A stretch of 57,837 nt of DNA from a virus (lineage: Duplodnaviria; Caudoviricetes). Shown here piece after piece: positions 27,895-36,395 of this stretch; the stretch's first letter is position 1; every line of letters starts with the position of its first letter. Location of the stretch: positions 1 to 57,837 of IMG/VR virus record IMGVR_UViG_3300022745_000038; one strand, 5' to 3'. Under the pieces are notes generated by a model that saw only the letters and a list, made by a program, of their open reading frames with translations, was not told where the DNA came from and ran no database searches. Position numbers and translations under genes: made by a program.

Positions 27895-29342
27895 TCGAAA
27901 TACCCATTGAACGATGCCACCCCGCGAACGACCTGCGATGCAGTCGCCGCGCCACTCACGTTCTTCATGGCAAGAACAAATTGTCTTCCAGGGTCACAAA
28001 CATGCGGACTATCGAATCTCACGTTGATCGAATTCGTAGCTCGCTGCCCTATGGCCGCATTGATCGGGATCTCTTGCAGGCCAAGCGCGATTCTTGAATG
28101 AGCAACGCCCAACAAGTTCGCCGTGTTGCCACTTGGAGAGAGAAACCACTGCATGACCGTTGGCACGGTCGCGCTGTTTGCCGCGCCCATGTTGATCGCA
28201 TCGATCGTCACGCCAGTGCAGCAGAACTGCCACGGCGCAGGATTCGCGAAAGCAAACCAAGAATTGTCCTGCTCTGCGCTTGCCACCGCAGCGAACTGCC
28301 ACTGACCAGCAAGCGTCGTGTAGGCCGCTGCCGAGTTGCTACGCGTGCCTGATGCCGGAGCGGCGCTGTTGCTGTAGTTGGCAGACTGCGTCCCGCCCTG
28401 CTGCCATGCGCTGCCTTGGTTTTGGCCGGCGGCGACGCTTTCCCAAGGGGCGTTGCGGTTGCCACGCAGGGTTGAGACGTGCCACTCCGATGTCGCGAAT
28501 TGCGGCCCACTCAGCGCTAAGAAAACGGAGTTATTGAAAACTCGCACAGACCAAGGGAGCCGCGTTAGGTTCGCGAAACGCGCTTGCCCTTTCGCGAAGC
28601 CTATCCTCTGCCTCGAGATCACATCCCCATACCCAGGGCGGACGCAAGAAAAGACAAAAGCATCCGGCCACCACTCCACAACCCATTCGAGGAACATTCT
28701 CCGCCAGTCCCCCAAGACATTGAGTGCTGGGACAATATCCGAGCCAATAGAGATTGCAGCCGCAGAAGATGCAGACCCGTCGTAAATGACTTGAGGTGTA
28801 ATAGAGCCATCAGACCCGAATATCCACTTAGGCCCTGGAATGCCTGGATTGGCTACAAACGGAACGAAGAACCCTATTTCAGCCACTGATCCATGGCTGA
28901 TATCTGCTCGAGCTGTCGCAGAACCGCGCACCGGATACCCAAATCCTGAATACCTCTGGTTGGTAGTCAAAATATGGTGACTACCTGATGAAGTCGATGT
29001 AGTCCCTGTCATGTTCGAAGAACAACCGGCCACGACGGATGCGAACACAGAGGTCGTAAAAGGGAACTCTATCGAGTTAATCGTCGCGCCCTGACTCCCT
29101 GTCAGATACCCCCAATGCATCGGCACCCACTGATTGATGCCGATGTTCCCCATCCGATCAGCGACGGGCAGCATGCCGGTGTTCGCTGCCTTCCACGCCT
29201 TCATCAGCGCTCGCGGAGATCCGATCGCGCCGTTGCGCAGCACCGCCAGATCGCTGCCCGCAGAGTCCTTGCCGCGAACGAACAGGCTCCCGCTGGAATC
29301 GCCAGCAGTGACCTGCGTCCCGGTCTGTAGAGACAGGCTCAC
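27891..29342 (-). CDS. Putative virion beta-sandwich protein, paralogue B
   Basis: GTG at 29342 overlapping the upstream stop; strong similarity to 29339-30787. Confidence 0.7.
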   Translation of the reverse strand: MSLSLQTGTQVTAGDSSGSLFVRGKDSAGSDLAVLRNGAIGSPRALMKAWKAANTGMLPVADRMGNIGINQWVPMHWGYLTGSQGATINSIEFPFTTSVFASVVAGCSSNMTGTTSTSSGSHHILTTNQRYSGFGYPVRGSATARADISHGSVAEIGFFVPFVANPGIPGPKWIFGSDGSITPQVIYDGSASSAAAISIGSDIVPALNVLGDWRRMFLEWVVEWWPDAFVFSCVRPGYGDVISRQRIGFAKGQARFANLTRLPWSVRVFNNSVFLALSGPQFATSEWHVSTLRGNRNAPWESVAAGQNQGSAWQQGGTQSANYSNSAAPASGTRSNSAAAYTTLAGQWQFAAVASAEQDNSWFAFANPAPWQFCCTGVTIDAINMGAANSATVPTVMQWFLSPSGNTANLLGVAHSRIALGLQEIPINAAIGQRATNSINVRFDSPHVCDPGRQFVLAMKNVSGAATASQVVRGVASFNGYFE

Positions 29343-30787
29343 TCGTAGTACCCGTTGATGCCGCAGACACCACGAATGACCTGCGATGCCGTCGCAGCAC
29401 CGCTGATGCACTTCATGATCAGGATCAGCAGACGCCCTTGGTCCGTCACGAGCGGTGATGGGAACTGGACGTTGATCGAGTTCGTTCCCAACTGACCGAT
29501 CACAGCCGACGCCGCGATACCTGAGATGCCAACCGGCACGCGCGAGAGCGTTGCAGTCGAGAGGTTGATCGCCGACGAGTTCACGCCCACCGCCCAACTG
29601 CACGTGGTCGGCGTTGCAGCATTCGCCGCGCCGGTGTTGATCAGGTCGATCGTGATGCCCTGGCAGTAGAACGAGTACGGGCTCGGCACCGTGAACCCGA
29701 ACAGCGCGTAGTCCGTCTCCGCGCCAGCCACCGCGGCCCACTGGAACTGCCCGCCGAGGGTCGTGTAGCCTGCCGCCGTGTTCGACAGCGTCGCGCTCGT
29801 CGGGGCCGCGCTGTTGGTGTAGTTGGCAGACTGCGCCGCCGTGGTCGGCAGCCACGCTCCACCGAGTTGCATGCCCGCAACCACGTGCGACCACGCCTTG
29901 TTCAGATTCATGTCCAAGGCCTGCACCATGACGTCCGTCACGATGAACACTGGAGCAGAGGCCGGTGCAGAGCCGCCGTTGTACACACGGGCGAAGACCG
30001 GCAGATGCGAGACGGCCAGCAGGCGCGCGCTCGCGAGATCCATCGTCAACGTCTGGCGGCTGACGATCAGGCCGGTGTTGCTGTCCTGCACGATGAAGAT
30101 GGCCTGGTCGTCATCGATGATGATGTCGTAGGACCAGTATCGCGTCTTCCACGCCGCATCGATCGTGTTCAGACTCGCGACCACGTCAGAGCCGGAGCGA
30201 TTCTCCGAGCCGTTGAACGCGATGAACGGCTTCACCGTGCCGTCCGACCCGAACCGCCAGAAGGCACCGTTCGCGATCGCCGACGTGCCGGACGGAGCGC
30301 CGAAGCCCCAATCCGCAGTGCTGTTGGTGACCAGGTTGTGGTTGAGGCGGAAGTGCCCATGCAGGGGCTGCCGCGCCACCTTCAGGAACTGGCGGCTGCT
30401 CGTGATGTTCTGCACAGCGTTGATCGTCGTGACCGCGCCGCTGTTCAGGTTGATACCAACCGCCGTCTGCGCGAGCGTGAACGTCGTCGCCGCTGCCGTC
30501 CATCGCACCGAGTGAAACGTCGTGCTCTCAACCGGCTCGTGGAACATCGGCGTGCCGTAAGCGATCCCGATGTTGCCCATCCGGTCGCCGCGAGCGAGGA
30601 TCGCATTCACGCCGTCGTCGGCCAGGATCATCGGCAGGCCGCGCGTCGTGGACGACACCGTGCCCGCATTGGCGACGGCGAGATCCGCGCCGGTCGAGTC
30701 CTTCAGCCGGACGTTGACGTTGCCGTTCGCATCGCCGGTGACATCAGTCGGGGTTCCGCTGACGCTGACTGCTACAGGAATTCCCAT
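29339..30787 (-). CDS. Putative virion beta-sandwich protein, paralogue A
   Basis: 482 aa, S/T/A/G/N-rich, high GC3. Confidence 0.75.
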   Translation of the reverse strand: MGIPVAVSVSGTPTDVTGDANGNVNVRLKDSTGADLAVANAGTVSSTTRGLPMILADDGVNAILARGDRMGNIGIAYGTPMFHEPVESTTFHSVRWTAAATTFTLAQTAVGINLNSGAVTTINAVQNITSSRQFLKVARQPLHGHFRLNHNLVTNSTADWGFGAPSGTSAIANGAFWRFGSDGTVKPFIAFNGSENRSGSDVVASLNTIDAAWKTRYWSYDIIIDDDQAIFIVQDSNTGLIVSRQTLTMDLASARLLAVSHLPVFARVYNGGSAPASAPVFIVTDVMVQALDMNLNKAWSHVVAGMQLGGAWLPTTAAQSANYTNSAAPTSATLSNTAAGYTTLGGQFQWAAVAGAETDYALFGFTVPSPYSFYCQGITIDLINTGAANAATPTTCSWAVGVNSSAINLSTATLSRVPVGISGIAASAVIGQLGTNSINVQFPSPLVTDQGRLLILIMKCISGAATASQVIRGVCGINGYYE

Positions 30788-30788
30788 G

Positions 30789-31103
30789 TCATCCGTTCCA
30801 TGCGTAGGCGATGTTCCACGGGCCCTTCAGCTTCGTGGACAACGATTGTCCGTAGATCGTGAACCCGGTGTTGTTGACGATGGAAGAAACCGGGGCTGTC
30901 ACGCGGAAGAGGCCGGCGTAGTGGGCCGCAGCGTGCTCGTCCTCGGTGTGGCCATTCGCCGACCCGGAAGTGTCCCGCGGGAAAATCCAGACCTCGACAA
31001 GCGCGGCCGTGGTGATCCCTGTCTGACCAGTAACCACCACGCTCGCCGCATTCGCCCCAGAGCCGCCAAAGTCCAGGGACACTGAACCTTGACCGCTCGC
31101 CAC
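30789..31103 (-). CDS. Small putative virion protein
   Basis: Coupled ORF, beta-rich. Confidence 0.6.
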   Translation of the reverse strand: MASGQGSVSLDFGGSGANAASVVVTGQTGITTAALVEVWIFPRDTSGSANGHTEDEHAAAHYAGLFRVTAPVSSIVNNTGFTIYGQSLSTKLKGPWNIAYAWNG

Positions 31104-31606
31104 TACACCACCTCGTACTTGACCGTGCCACCGACAGGGCCAGCGCCAGATCCGGTGAACGCCGAGAACGACACCTCACCGAGCGAAGCGGTGTTGCCGA
31201 TGGTCGTCCATTCCTCGCCCGGGTTCGCCCAGAGCCGCCCGCTTGCCCCGAATGCGTTGAAGCTCAGGTCGCCCAAGTGAAGGGTGGCCGATCTCTGCGG
31301 CTTGGTCGTCGACACCTGGCCGAACACCGCGATGGTGCCGGGCGCGGTCGCCGATCCATCATTCAGCGCGTTGAACAGCGTGCCGGCGCCGATCGACGTG
31401 GCTGCCACGGTCGAATCCCGGGCGAACTTGCCGATGATGACGCTGGATGCCGTCGCCTCGCCGCCGATGTAGACCTCCGAGACCTTGCACTGCATGGTGC
31501 CACTGCCGCCCTGCAGGAAGAACCCGTAGCCCGAGTCAGTGAAGGCGGCAGCGTTCGCCACCGGAGTGAGGGTGACGCTATGCCACGAAAGGGTGTACTT
31601 CGCCAT
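31103..31606 (-). CDS. Putative virion protein
   Basis: AGGAG RBS; G/A/S/T-rich. Confidence 0.65.
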   Translation of the reverse strand: MAKYTLSWHSVTLTPVANAAAFTDSGYGFFLQGGSGTMQCKVSEVYIGGEATASSVIIGKFARDSTVAATSIGAGTLFNALNDGSATAPGTIAVFGQVSTTKPQRSATLHLGDLSFNAFGASGRLWANPGEEWTTIGNTASLGEVSFSAFTGSGAGPVGGTVKYEVV

Positions 31607-31614
31607 GATTGCTC

Positions 31615-31959
31615 CTACACGGAAAGGATGATGGAGCGCTGTTGCGCCTGAGTGGCGGCTTCAAGCGCATCGTCGACTACCTTCTTCCAGGGGACGCAGT
31701 CCGCTCCTGCCGCCTTTCTGGCACCGCACTCGTCACAGATCAGGTGATCGCACTTGGCGCAGTACGCCCGGTCACGATTCCTGAGCGGATTGATGACGAC
31801 CGTGAACTGGCAGTGGGAGCAGTTGTACGTTGCAGCTTCAAACAGCCCCCGGCCAGCCCCGGCCGGCAACCCTTGGGCGACCATGATCTCGTCAGGCACG
31901 CCCTCGTTGTTTCGATGATCGAGGAGGATCGCCCCCTCTGCGGCACGATGCGATCTCAC
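31615..31959 (-). CDS. Cys-rich zinc-finger protein
   Basis: CSHC, CAKC, CDEC motifs. Confidence 0.65.
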   Translation of the reverse strand: MRSHRAAEGAILLDHRNNEGVPDEIMVAQGLPAGAGRGLFEAATYNCSHCQFTVVINPLRNRDRAYCAKCDHLICDECGARKAAGADCVPWKKVVDDALEAATQAQQRSIILSV

Positions 31960-32555
31960 GCCGGCACCCCGAGCTTCGCCTTGATCGCGTCAATCGCTGC
32001 GACCAACTCGTCCCGCTCACGCGCCCTCGACTCGACTTGATCCACCATGCCGGAGAGCACCTCGCGCTGGGCCTCGACCTCGGCCTTGACCTTGGCCAGT
32101 TCCTCCGCGGCTTTGGACACTCGAGCATCCACCATGGCCTTCTTCTCGGCCGCATAGTCGGCAGCGGCCTCCTTGGCTCTGCGCGCGATCTCTGCGGCAT
32201 CAGCGCGCGCCTCGTCTCGAAGCGCCTTCATCTGGTTCTCGGTCTTGATGACGTTGTCAGCGCACGTGGCCTTCAGGTCTTCCGCGTCCGCCTCTGCCTT
32301 GATGCGGGCATCGATCGCGACCTGCGCCATGTCCCGCAATTGGCTCACTCGCGCCTCGAGTTCCCGCCTTGTGTTGTCCCACGTCGTAATGTCCTTCGCC
32401 GCAGCGGACAACTGAAGGACTCCGTCGAGCATGCGCTTGAACGCATCCACGCTTTCGGCCGCCTCGAGTAGCCCCGGAAACATCGGCCCATCAGGGAAAT
32501 TCGTCGGATCCGCCACAGTGGCGGATTCCGCCTGCGTTGCCTTCTTCGTCGCCAT
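31956..32555 (-). CDS. Coiled-coil hypothetical protein
   Basis: A/E/K-rich heptads. Confidence 0.65.
   Translation of the reverse strand: MATKKATQAESATVADPTNFPDGPMFPGLLEAAESVDAFKRMLDGVLQLSAAAKDITTWDNTRRELEARVSQLRDMAQVAIDARIKAEADAEDLKATCADNVIKTENQMKALRDEARADAAEIARRAKEAAADYAAEKKAMVDARVSKAAEELAKVKAEVEAQREVLSGMVDQVESRARERDELVAAIDAIKAKLGVPA
32509..32525. repeat. 17-bp palindrome copy 8, encodes SATVAD
   Basis: aTCCGCCACAGTGGCGGAt. Confidence 0.95.
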
Positions 32556-32926
32556 TACACGCCCCTTCCAGACGGACCACGACGGCAGAACAAGATCACC
32601 GTCACGCTCTGAGAACCGGCACCACCGGAAGCCAGCGGCCGCATGTACCGGGCCGATTCGTAGATCTGCTTCAGCCCGGCCGCAGTCATCGAAGCGTTCC
32701 CGCCGAGCCCGTCGTGCAGGATCGCATAGGTCGTCCGGTCATTCGACCCGACGATCGAAACCGTCGCCGAGTCGAACGTGCCGGACACTTGGAACGATCG
32801 ATCCGCGAAGTCGAGAAACTGAGAATCGACCTCCCCCGCGAAGGTGTCGGCATTGGTGACGTTCGTCCAAGTGAAAATGACCGAACGGTCACCCTCCACC
32901 AGGACTGTCGGCTTGATCGCTGCCAT
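32555..32926 (-). CDS. Small beta-sandwich virion-like protein
   Basis: SFQVSGTFDSATVSIVGSND...ARYMRP pattern. Confidence 0.6.
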   Translation of the reverse strand: MAAIKPTVLVEGDRSVIFTWTNVTNADTFAGEVDSQFLDFADRSFQVSGTFDSATVSIVGSNDRTTYAILHDGLGGNASMTAAGLKQIYESARYMRPLASGGAGSQSVTVILFCRRGPSGRGV

Positions 32927-32935
32927 TCTTTGCCT

Positions 32936-35194
32936 CTACGTGATTGCGACGGTCTTGGCACCACGTGCCTCGGCCTCGCGGTCGTTTCGGATCTGAAGCG
33001 CCTGCTGCGCCAGCTTGACCTTGTCGCTGCTCAAGGCCTTGCGCTCCGCATGGTCACGGTCGCGCTGCTTGTCCTCTGCATCCACGCCGCGCATCAGCAT
33101 GTCATGCTCGGCCTGCTGTCGACGCTCCTCGGCATCGGCCTGCAACTCTGCCGCAGTGCGCTGGTTCAGGCCCTGCTCCTTCAGTTGCGCGACCTGCATG
33201 GCAGTCTGCGCCTTCACCATCGTGTCTGGGGTCGGGGTTGGCTTCTGCTGCTGCATCTGCTCGCGCCGCTTCTTGATCTCATCCGGCTCGCGAAGTACGT
33301 CGTCCGGGGAAATGGAGTCGGCGGTCAGCGCCTTGCGAACCATCTTCTCGTCGTCAAACATGTAGGAGATCGCCGGGTTGGTCAGGGCAGCGAGCCACTT
33401 GACCATCGCCTGGTTCGCCAAATCGCGTTGCATGAGCGTCGTCGAACCGCGGGCGTCCACCTCGTAGTCACCCTTGATCTCTTCCTTCGGGTTGTACTGC
33501 ATGTTCCAGTCGTAGTACCGCCGGAGGTGCGGCCGGGTGATGTCGTCGTCGTAGCGCTTCACCAGGCGCCGCAGGACCACGGTCGCAGAGTTCATCAGCA
33601 TTTGCATGCTGCCAACCTGCGCGGGCGCATCGCCGCGCTCGCCGGCCATGATCATCGGGAAGGCGATCTCTTCGTCCGCGAACTTGAGCGCCAGTTCGAT
33701 GATCTTCAGGAAGTGTTCCGTGTGCGGATCAATCGTGTACAGGCCGAAGGCCTTGGTCACGTCCGCCATCTCCGCTTCGCCGGTCAGGCCCCAGAGTTTC
33801 GTGCCGCCGCCGACCGTCCAATTCCCATCCTTCGGCTCGATGTGGTCCGACATCACGATCTGGGCGCCGGCTGACATCCCGGCGTTGTCCATGATCTGCC
33901 GAGTGGCGGCCGTCACCATGCGCTGCGCCGACTGCCGCAGAAGGTACGGAATGCCGTAGCCGAAGATCCGATTCTGCGCCGGCTCCCATACGAGCACGTC
34001 GTAGGGGAGGTCGCCGCTCTCGAGCGGGTTCAGGTACGCCTTGACCGGGCGATCGTTGATGATCACCAGGCACCCGCTGATCGACATCAGTGGGTCGACC
34101 TCGCCGACATCGCACCCGCACATCTCGAGCACTCGCGGGTCGATGTCCCCATGCCGCTCCCAAACCTCGTACTGCCGGTCCTGAGGAGGAACGTAGCCGT
34201 TCTCGTCGCGTCGCTCTCCCTGCTGCGAGGTGAGGTAACTACGCTGTGGGCCCTCGACCAAGCATTCTCGGATCGCGTCGGCGTTGTAGCCTGGGGCTCG
34301 CGCCAGTTGTCGCAGCTTCCGCTTCGAGATGAAGCGCCGCTCCCAGATCGCCTCGGCGTTGCGGATGTCATTGCCGCACGCCATGTCTGGGAAGAAGTCC
34401 TCCGGGTTCACGCGCTCAGTGACCGGGACCTTCGATTCATTGAACTGCAGGACGTGGACAACCCCGCTTGGCGTTTCGTGCCTCTTCCAGGATTTCTCCC
34501 GCCTCGCGCGGACAACGGGGCCCTTGACGATACCGGTCCCGTACAGCACGGCGTCATGAATCATGGACCGCGAGGTGCCGTTGAACGAGCACTCCGTGAG
34601 CTGGTCCTCGATCTCCCGCTCCATGGCCTTGGAGCGCTCTGTCGCCAGACGGGTCAACTCGTTGGCGTAGTCCCGCGCCTGCATTTGGCGCTGCCCGCTC
34701 TCCTCGCCATCATCGGGGACCATGATCGGCTCGCCCTGATGCACCAGCGGGGTGTCGTCGTTGGCCAGTTCCGCCAACTCTGGGACTGGCGTGGGCTTGA
34801 TGCCCCAGTTCTTCTCGTCATGCGGGAAGAGCATGTCGGCCAGACGCGCCTCGGCGCTGTTGGCCTTGGGCCGGGTGATGTTCGGAGATACCCGGCTCTT
34901 GGTGATCGTCTCGTCGTCACGATTTGGCCGGCCGCCTCGCTCGCCGCGGGTGGCTATGGCCTGCATCATGTCACCGTCGAGGTTCGCCTCGTCCTTGCCG
35001 TGGTAGTACTGGATGTCAAGTGACCACTGCAATTCCACACCAGACGCGGCGCGGTCGCGGACGTACTCGTCGCGCTCCTTGACGTAGGCGTTGACGAGCG
35101 ATCGCATCAACTCATCGTCGTATGCGCTCTCGTCATCTTCCCTCTCGGGAACGGCCTGTAGTTGGGTGGCAGCCATCGCGTGAGGCTGCCACAT
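32936..35194 (-). CDS. Portal protein (podovirus type)
   Basis: NITRPK..ARLADMLFP..NW, DAVLYGTGIVKGP, FFPD, FGYGIP, RRYYDWNMQ; downstream of TerL. Confidence 0.9.
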   Translation of the reverse strand: MWQPHAMAATQLQAVPEREDDESAYDDELMRSLVNAYVKERDEYVRDRAASGVELQWSLDIQYYHGKDEANLDGDMMQAIATRGERGGRPNRDDETITKSRVSPNITRPKANSAEARLADMLFPHDEKNWGIKPTPVPELAELANDDTPLVHQGEPIMVPDDGEESGQRQMQARDYANELTRLATERSKAMEREIEDQLTECSFNGTSRSMIHDAVLYGTGIVKGPVVRARREKSWKRHETPSGVVHVLQFNESKVPVTERVNPEDFFPDMACGNDIRNAEAIWERRFISKRKLRQLARAPGYNADAIRECLVEGPQRSYLTSQQGERRDENGYVPPQDRQYEVWERHGDIDPRVLEMCGCDVGEVDPLMSISGCLVIINDRPVKAYLNPLESGDLPYDVLVWEPAQNRIFGYGIPYLLRQSAQRMVTAATRQIMDNAGMSAGAQIVMSDHIEPKDGNWTVGGGTKLWGLTGEAEMADVTKAFGLYTIDPHTEHFLKIIELALKFADEEIAFPMIMAGERGDAPAQVGSMQMLMNSATVVLRRLVKRYDDDITRPHLRRYYDWNMQYNPKEEIKGDYEVDARGSTTLMQRDLANQAMVKWLAALTNPAISYMFDDEKMVRKALTADSISPDDVLREPDEIKKRREQMQQQKPTPTPDTMVKAQTAMQVAQLKEQGLNQRTAAELQADAEERRQQAEHDMLMRGVDAEDKQRDRDHAERKALSSDKVKLAQQALQIRNDREAEARGAKTVAIT

Positions 35195-35218
35195 GTCCGC
35201 CCTTCAGGTCACCACTTG

Positions 35219-35815
35219 CTACTCCGAACAGCCCCGCAATTGGCCGGCAATCGGTCCGATTCCAACGCGAGACTCGCCATGAATGGCCCGGCCGCATTGG
35301 TCGTACAGGTCCGCAATCGCCTGCGCGTGCTTCTCCCCCAACGGGTCGTCCGCCGAGGCTATCGGCGGCAATTGAATCTTCTGCGTCCGAGCGAACTGAT
35401 CCACCTCCGCGAGCGTCGGCGACCTCGGAATCAGCGCCCGCTGCGTCATCTGGCCCGCACCTCGGTGCCCCGCCAACGCATACGCCGCTGCGTCGCTCGC
35501 GTCCGACGATGACATCTTCCAGCCGGGTTGGCCGTAAATGTCCGCAATCGCCTGTTGGTCGTACTGGTCCTGAAGCACAAGGAATGCGATCTGTTGATCC
35601 TTCGGCATTGCGCTCCAAAGCTCCATCATTACGTCCGCCATTGTCGCGCCAGGGTTCGCCTGCTGCGCCTGCTTCATCTGCTGTTGGAACCAGTGCCAGA
35701 CAGCGCTGTTCTGCGCCTGCCGATCGGCTGCGTCCGTTGCGCTCTGCTTCTTCTGCTCGGCCGATTTCGCCTGCTCGTCGAGCACTCGCATCCTGCGTTC
35801 CCATGGCATTTCCAT
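35219..35815 (-). CDS. Hypothetical protein
   Basis: GGAG RBS; Q-rich helical. Confidence 0.6.
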   Translation of the reverse strand: MEMPWERRMRVLDEQAKSAEQKKQSATDAADRQAQNSAVWHWFQQQMKQAQQANPGATMADVMMELWSAMPKDQQIAFLVLQDQYDQQAIADIYGQPGWKMSSSDASDAAAYALAGHRGAGQMTQRALIPRSPTLAEVDQFARTQKIQLPPIASADDPLGEKHAQAIADLYDQCGRAIHGESRVGIGPIAGQLRGCSE

Positions 35816-35831
35816 CAGTCGCTCCAGTATG

Positions 35832-36041
35832 TCACCGCTCGAGTTTTGCCCCGATCTGCACGCAAGAGACCCTCACCTCTCGGCTCGGCGAAACCTTGCG
35901 CATGTTTATCGCCGTCGCTTCACCAACTACCTCGCATGCCCCCTTGTCTGGAAGGCCGTAGAGGTTGTGGAGAACCGGCGTGGCCGTTCCCATCCCCCCT
36001 ATGTAGACCGTGAGGATCCAGGTGCCGATCAGCGTCGACAT
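35832..36041 (-). CDS. Small hypothetical protein
   Basis: TGATG coupling. Confidence 0.55.
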   Translation of the reverse strand: MSTLIGTWILTVYIGGMGTATPVLHNLYGLPDKGACEVVGEATAINMRKVSPSREVRVSCVQIGAKLER

Positions 36042-36367
36042 CAGTGCCCCACCACCAGCGCGCGATCAGGCGACAGGATCGCCGACTCCGGCTCCGCGGC
36101 CTTCAGCGGCTGGATTGTCGCCATCAGAAGCAGCGTCATGTGGGCCCGATGCGCGGCGTCGGTCATGATTTCAGATATCGTCAGGTCGTAACTGTCGCCG
36201 TGGTCGGAGAGCAGGCTCAGGTTGGACTTGATCAAGTCACGCATGTAGTCCCGGACCAACTCCTCGCGCAGAGTCAGGCCGCTCGAGACGATCCGGTCGC
36301 CGAGCTTGTTCGCCGCGTCCAGGTTGTCATCCACGTTGATGTTGCTGTTCGTGAGTTTCGATTCCAT
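36041..36367 (-). CDS. Hypothetical protein
   Basis: GAGGGG RBS before MESKL. Confidence 0.6.
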   Translation of the reverse strand: MESKLTNSNINVDDNLDAANKLGDRIVSSGLTLREELVRDYMRDLIKSNLSLLSDHGDSYDLTISEIMTDAAHRAHMTLLLMATIQPLKAAEPESAILSPDRALVVGH

Positions 36368-36378
36368 TTTCCCCTCAG

Positions 36379-36395
36379 TCCGCCACAGTGGCGGA
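36379..36395. repeat. 17-bp palindrome copy 9, directly abutting the TerL stop codon
   Basis: TCCGCCACAGTGGCGGA. Confidence 0.95.

Noticed and set aside
27891-30787. Diversity-generating retroelement TR/VR pair
   Set aside because: No reverse transcriptase in the window, and the differences are not adenine-specific.
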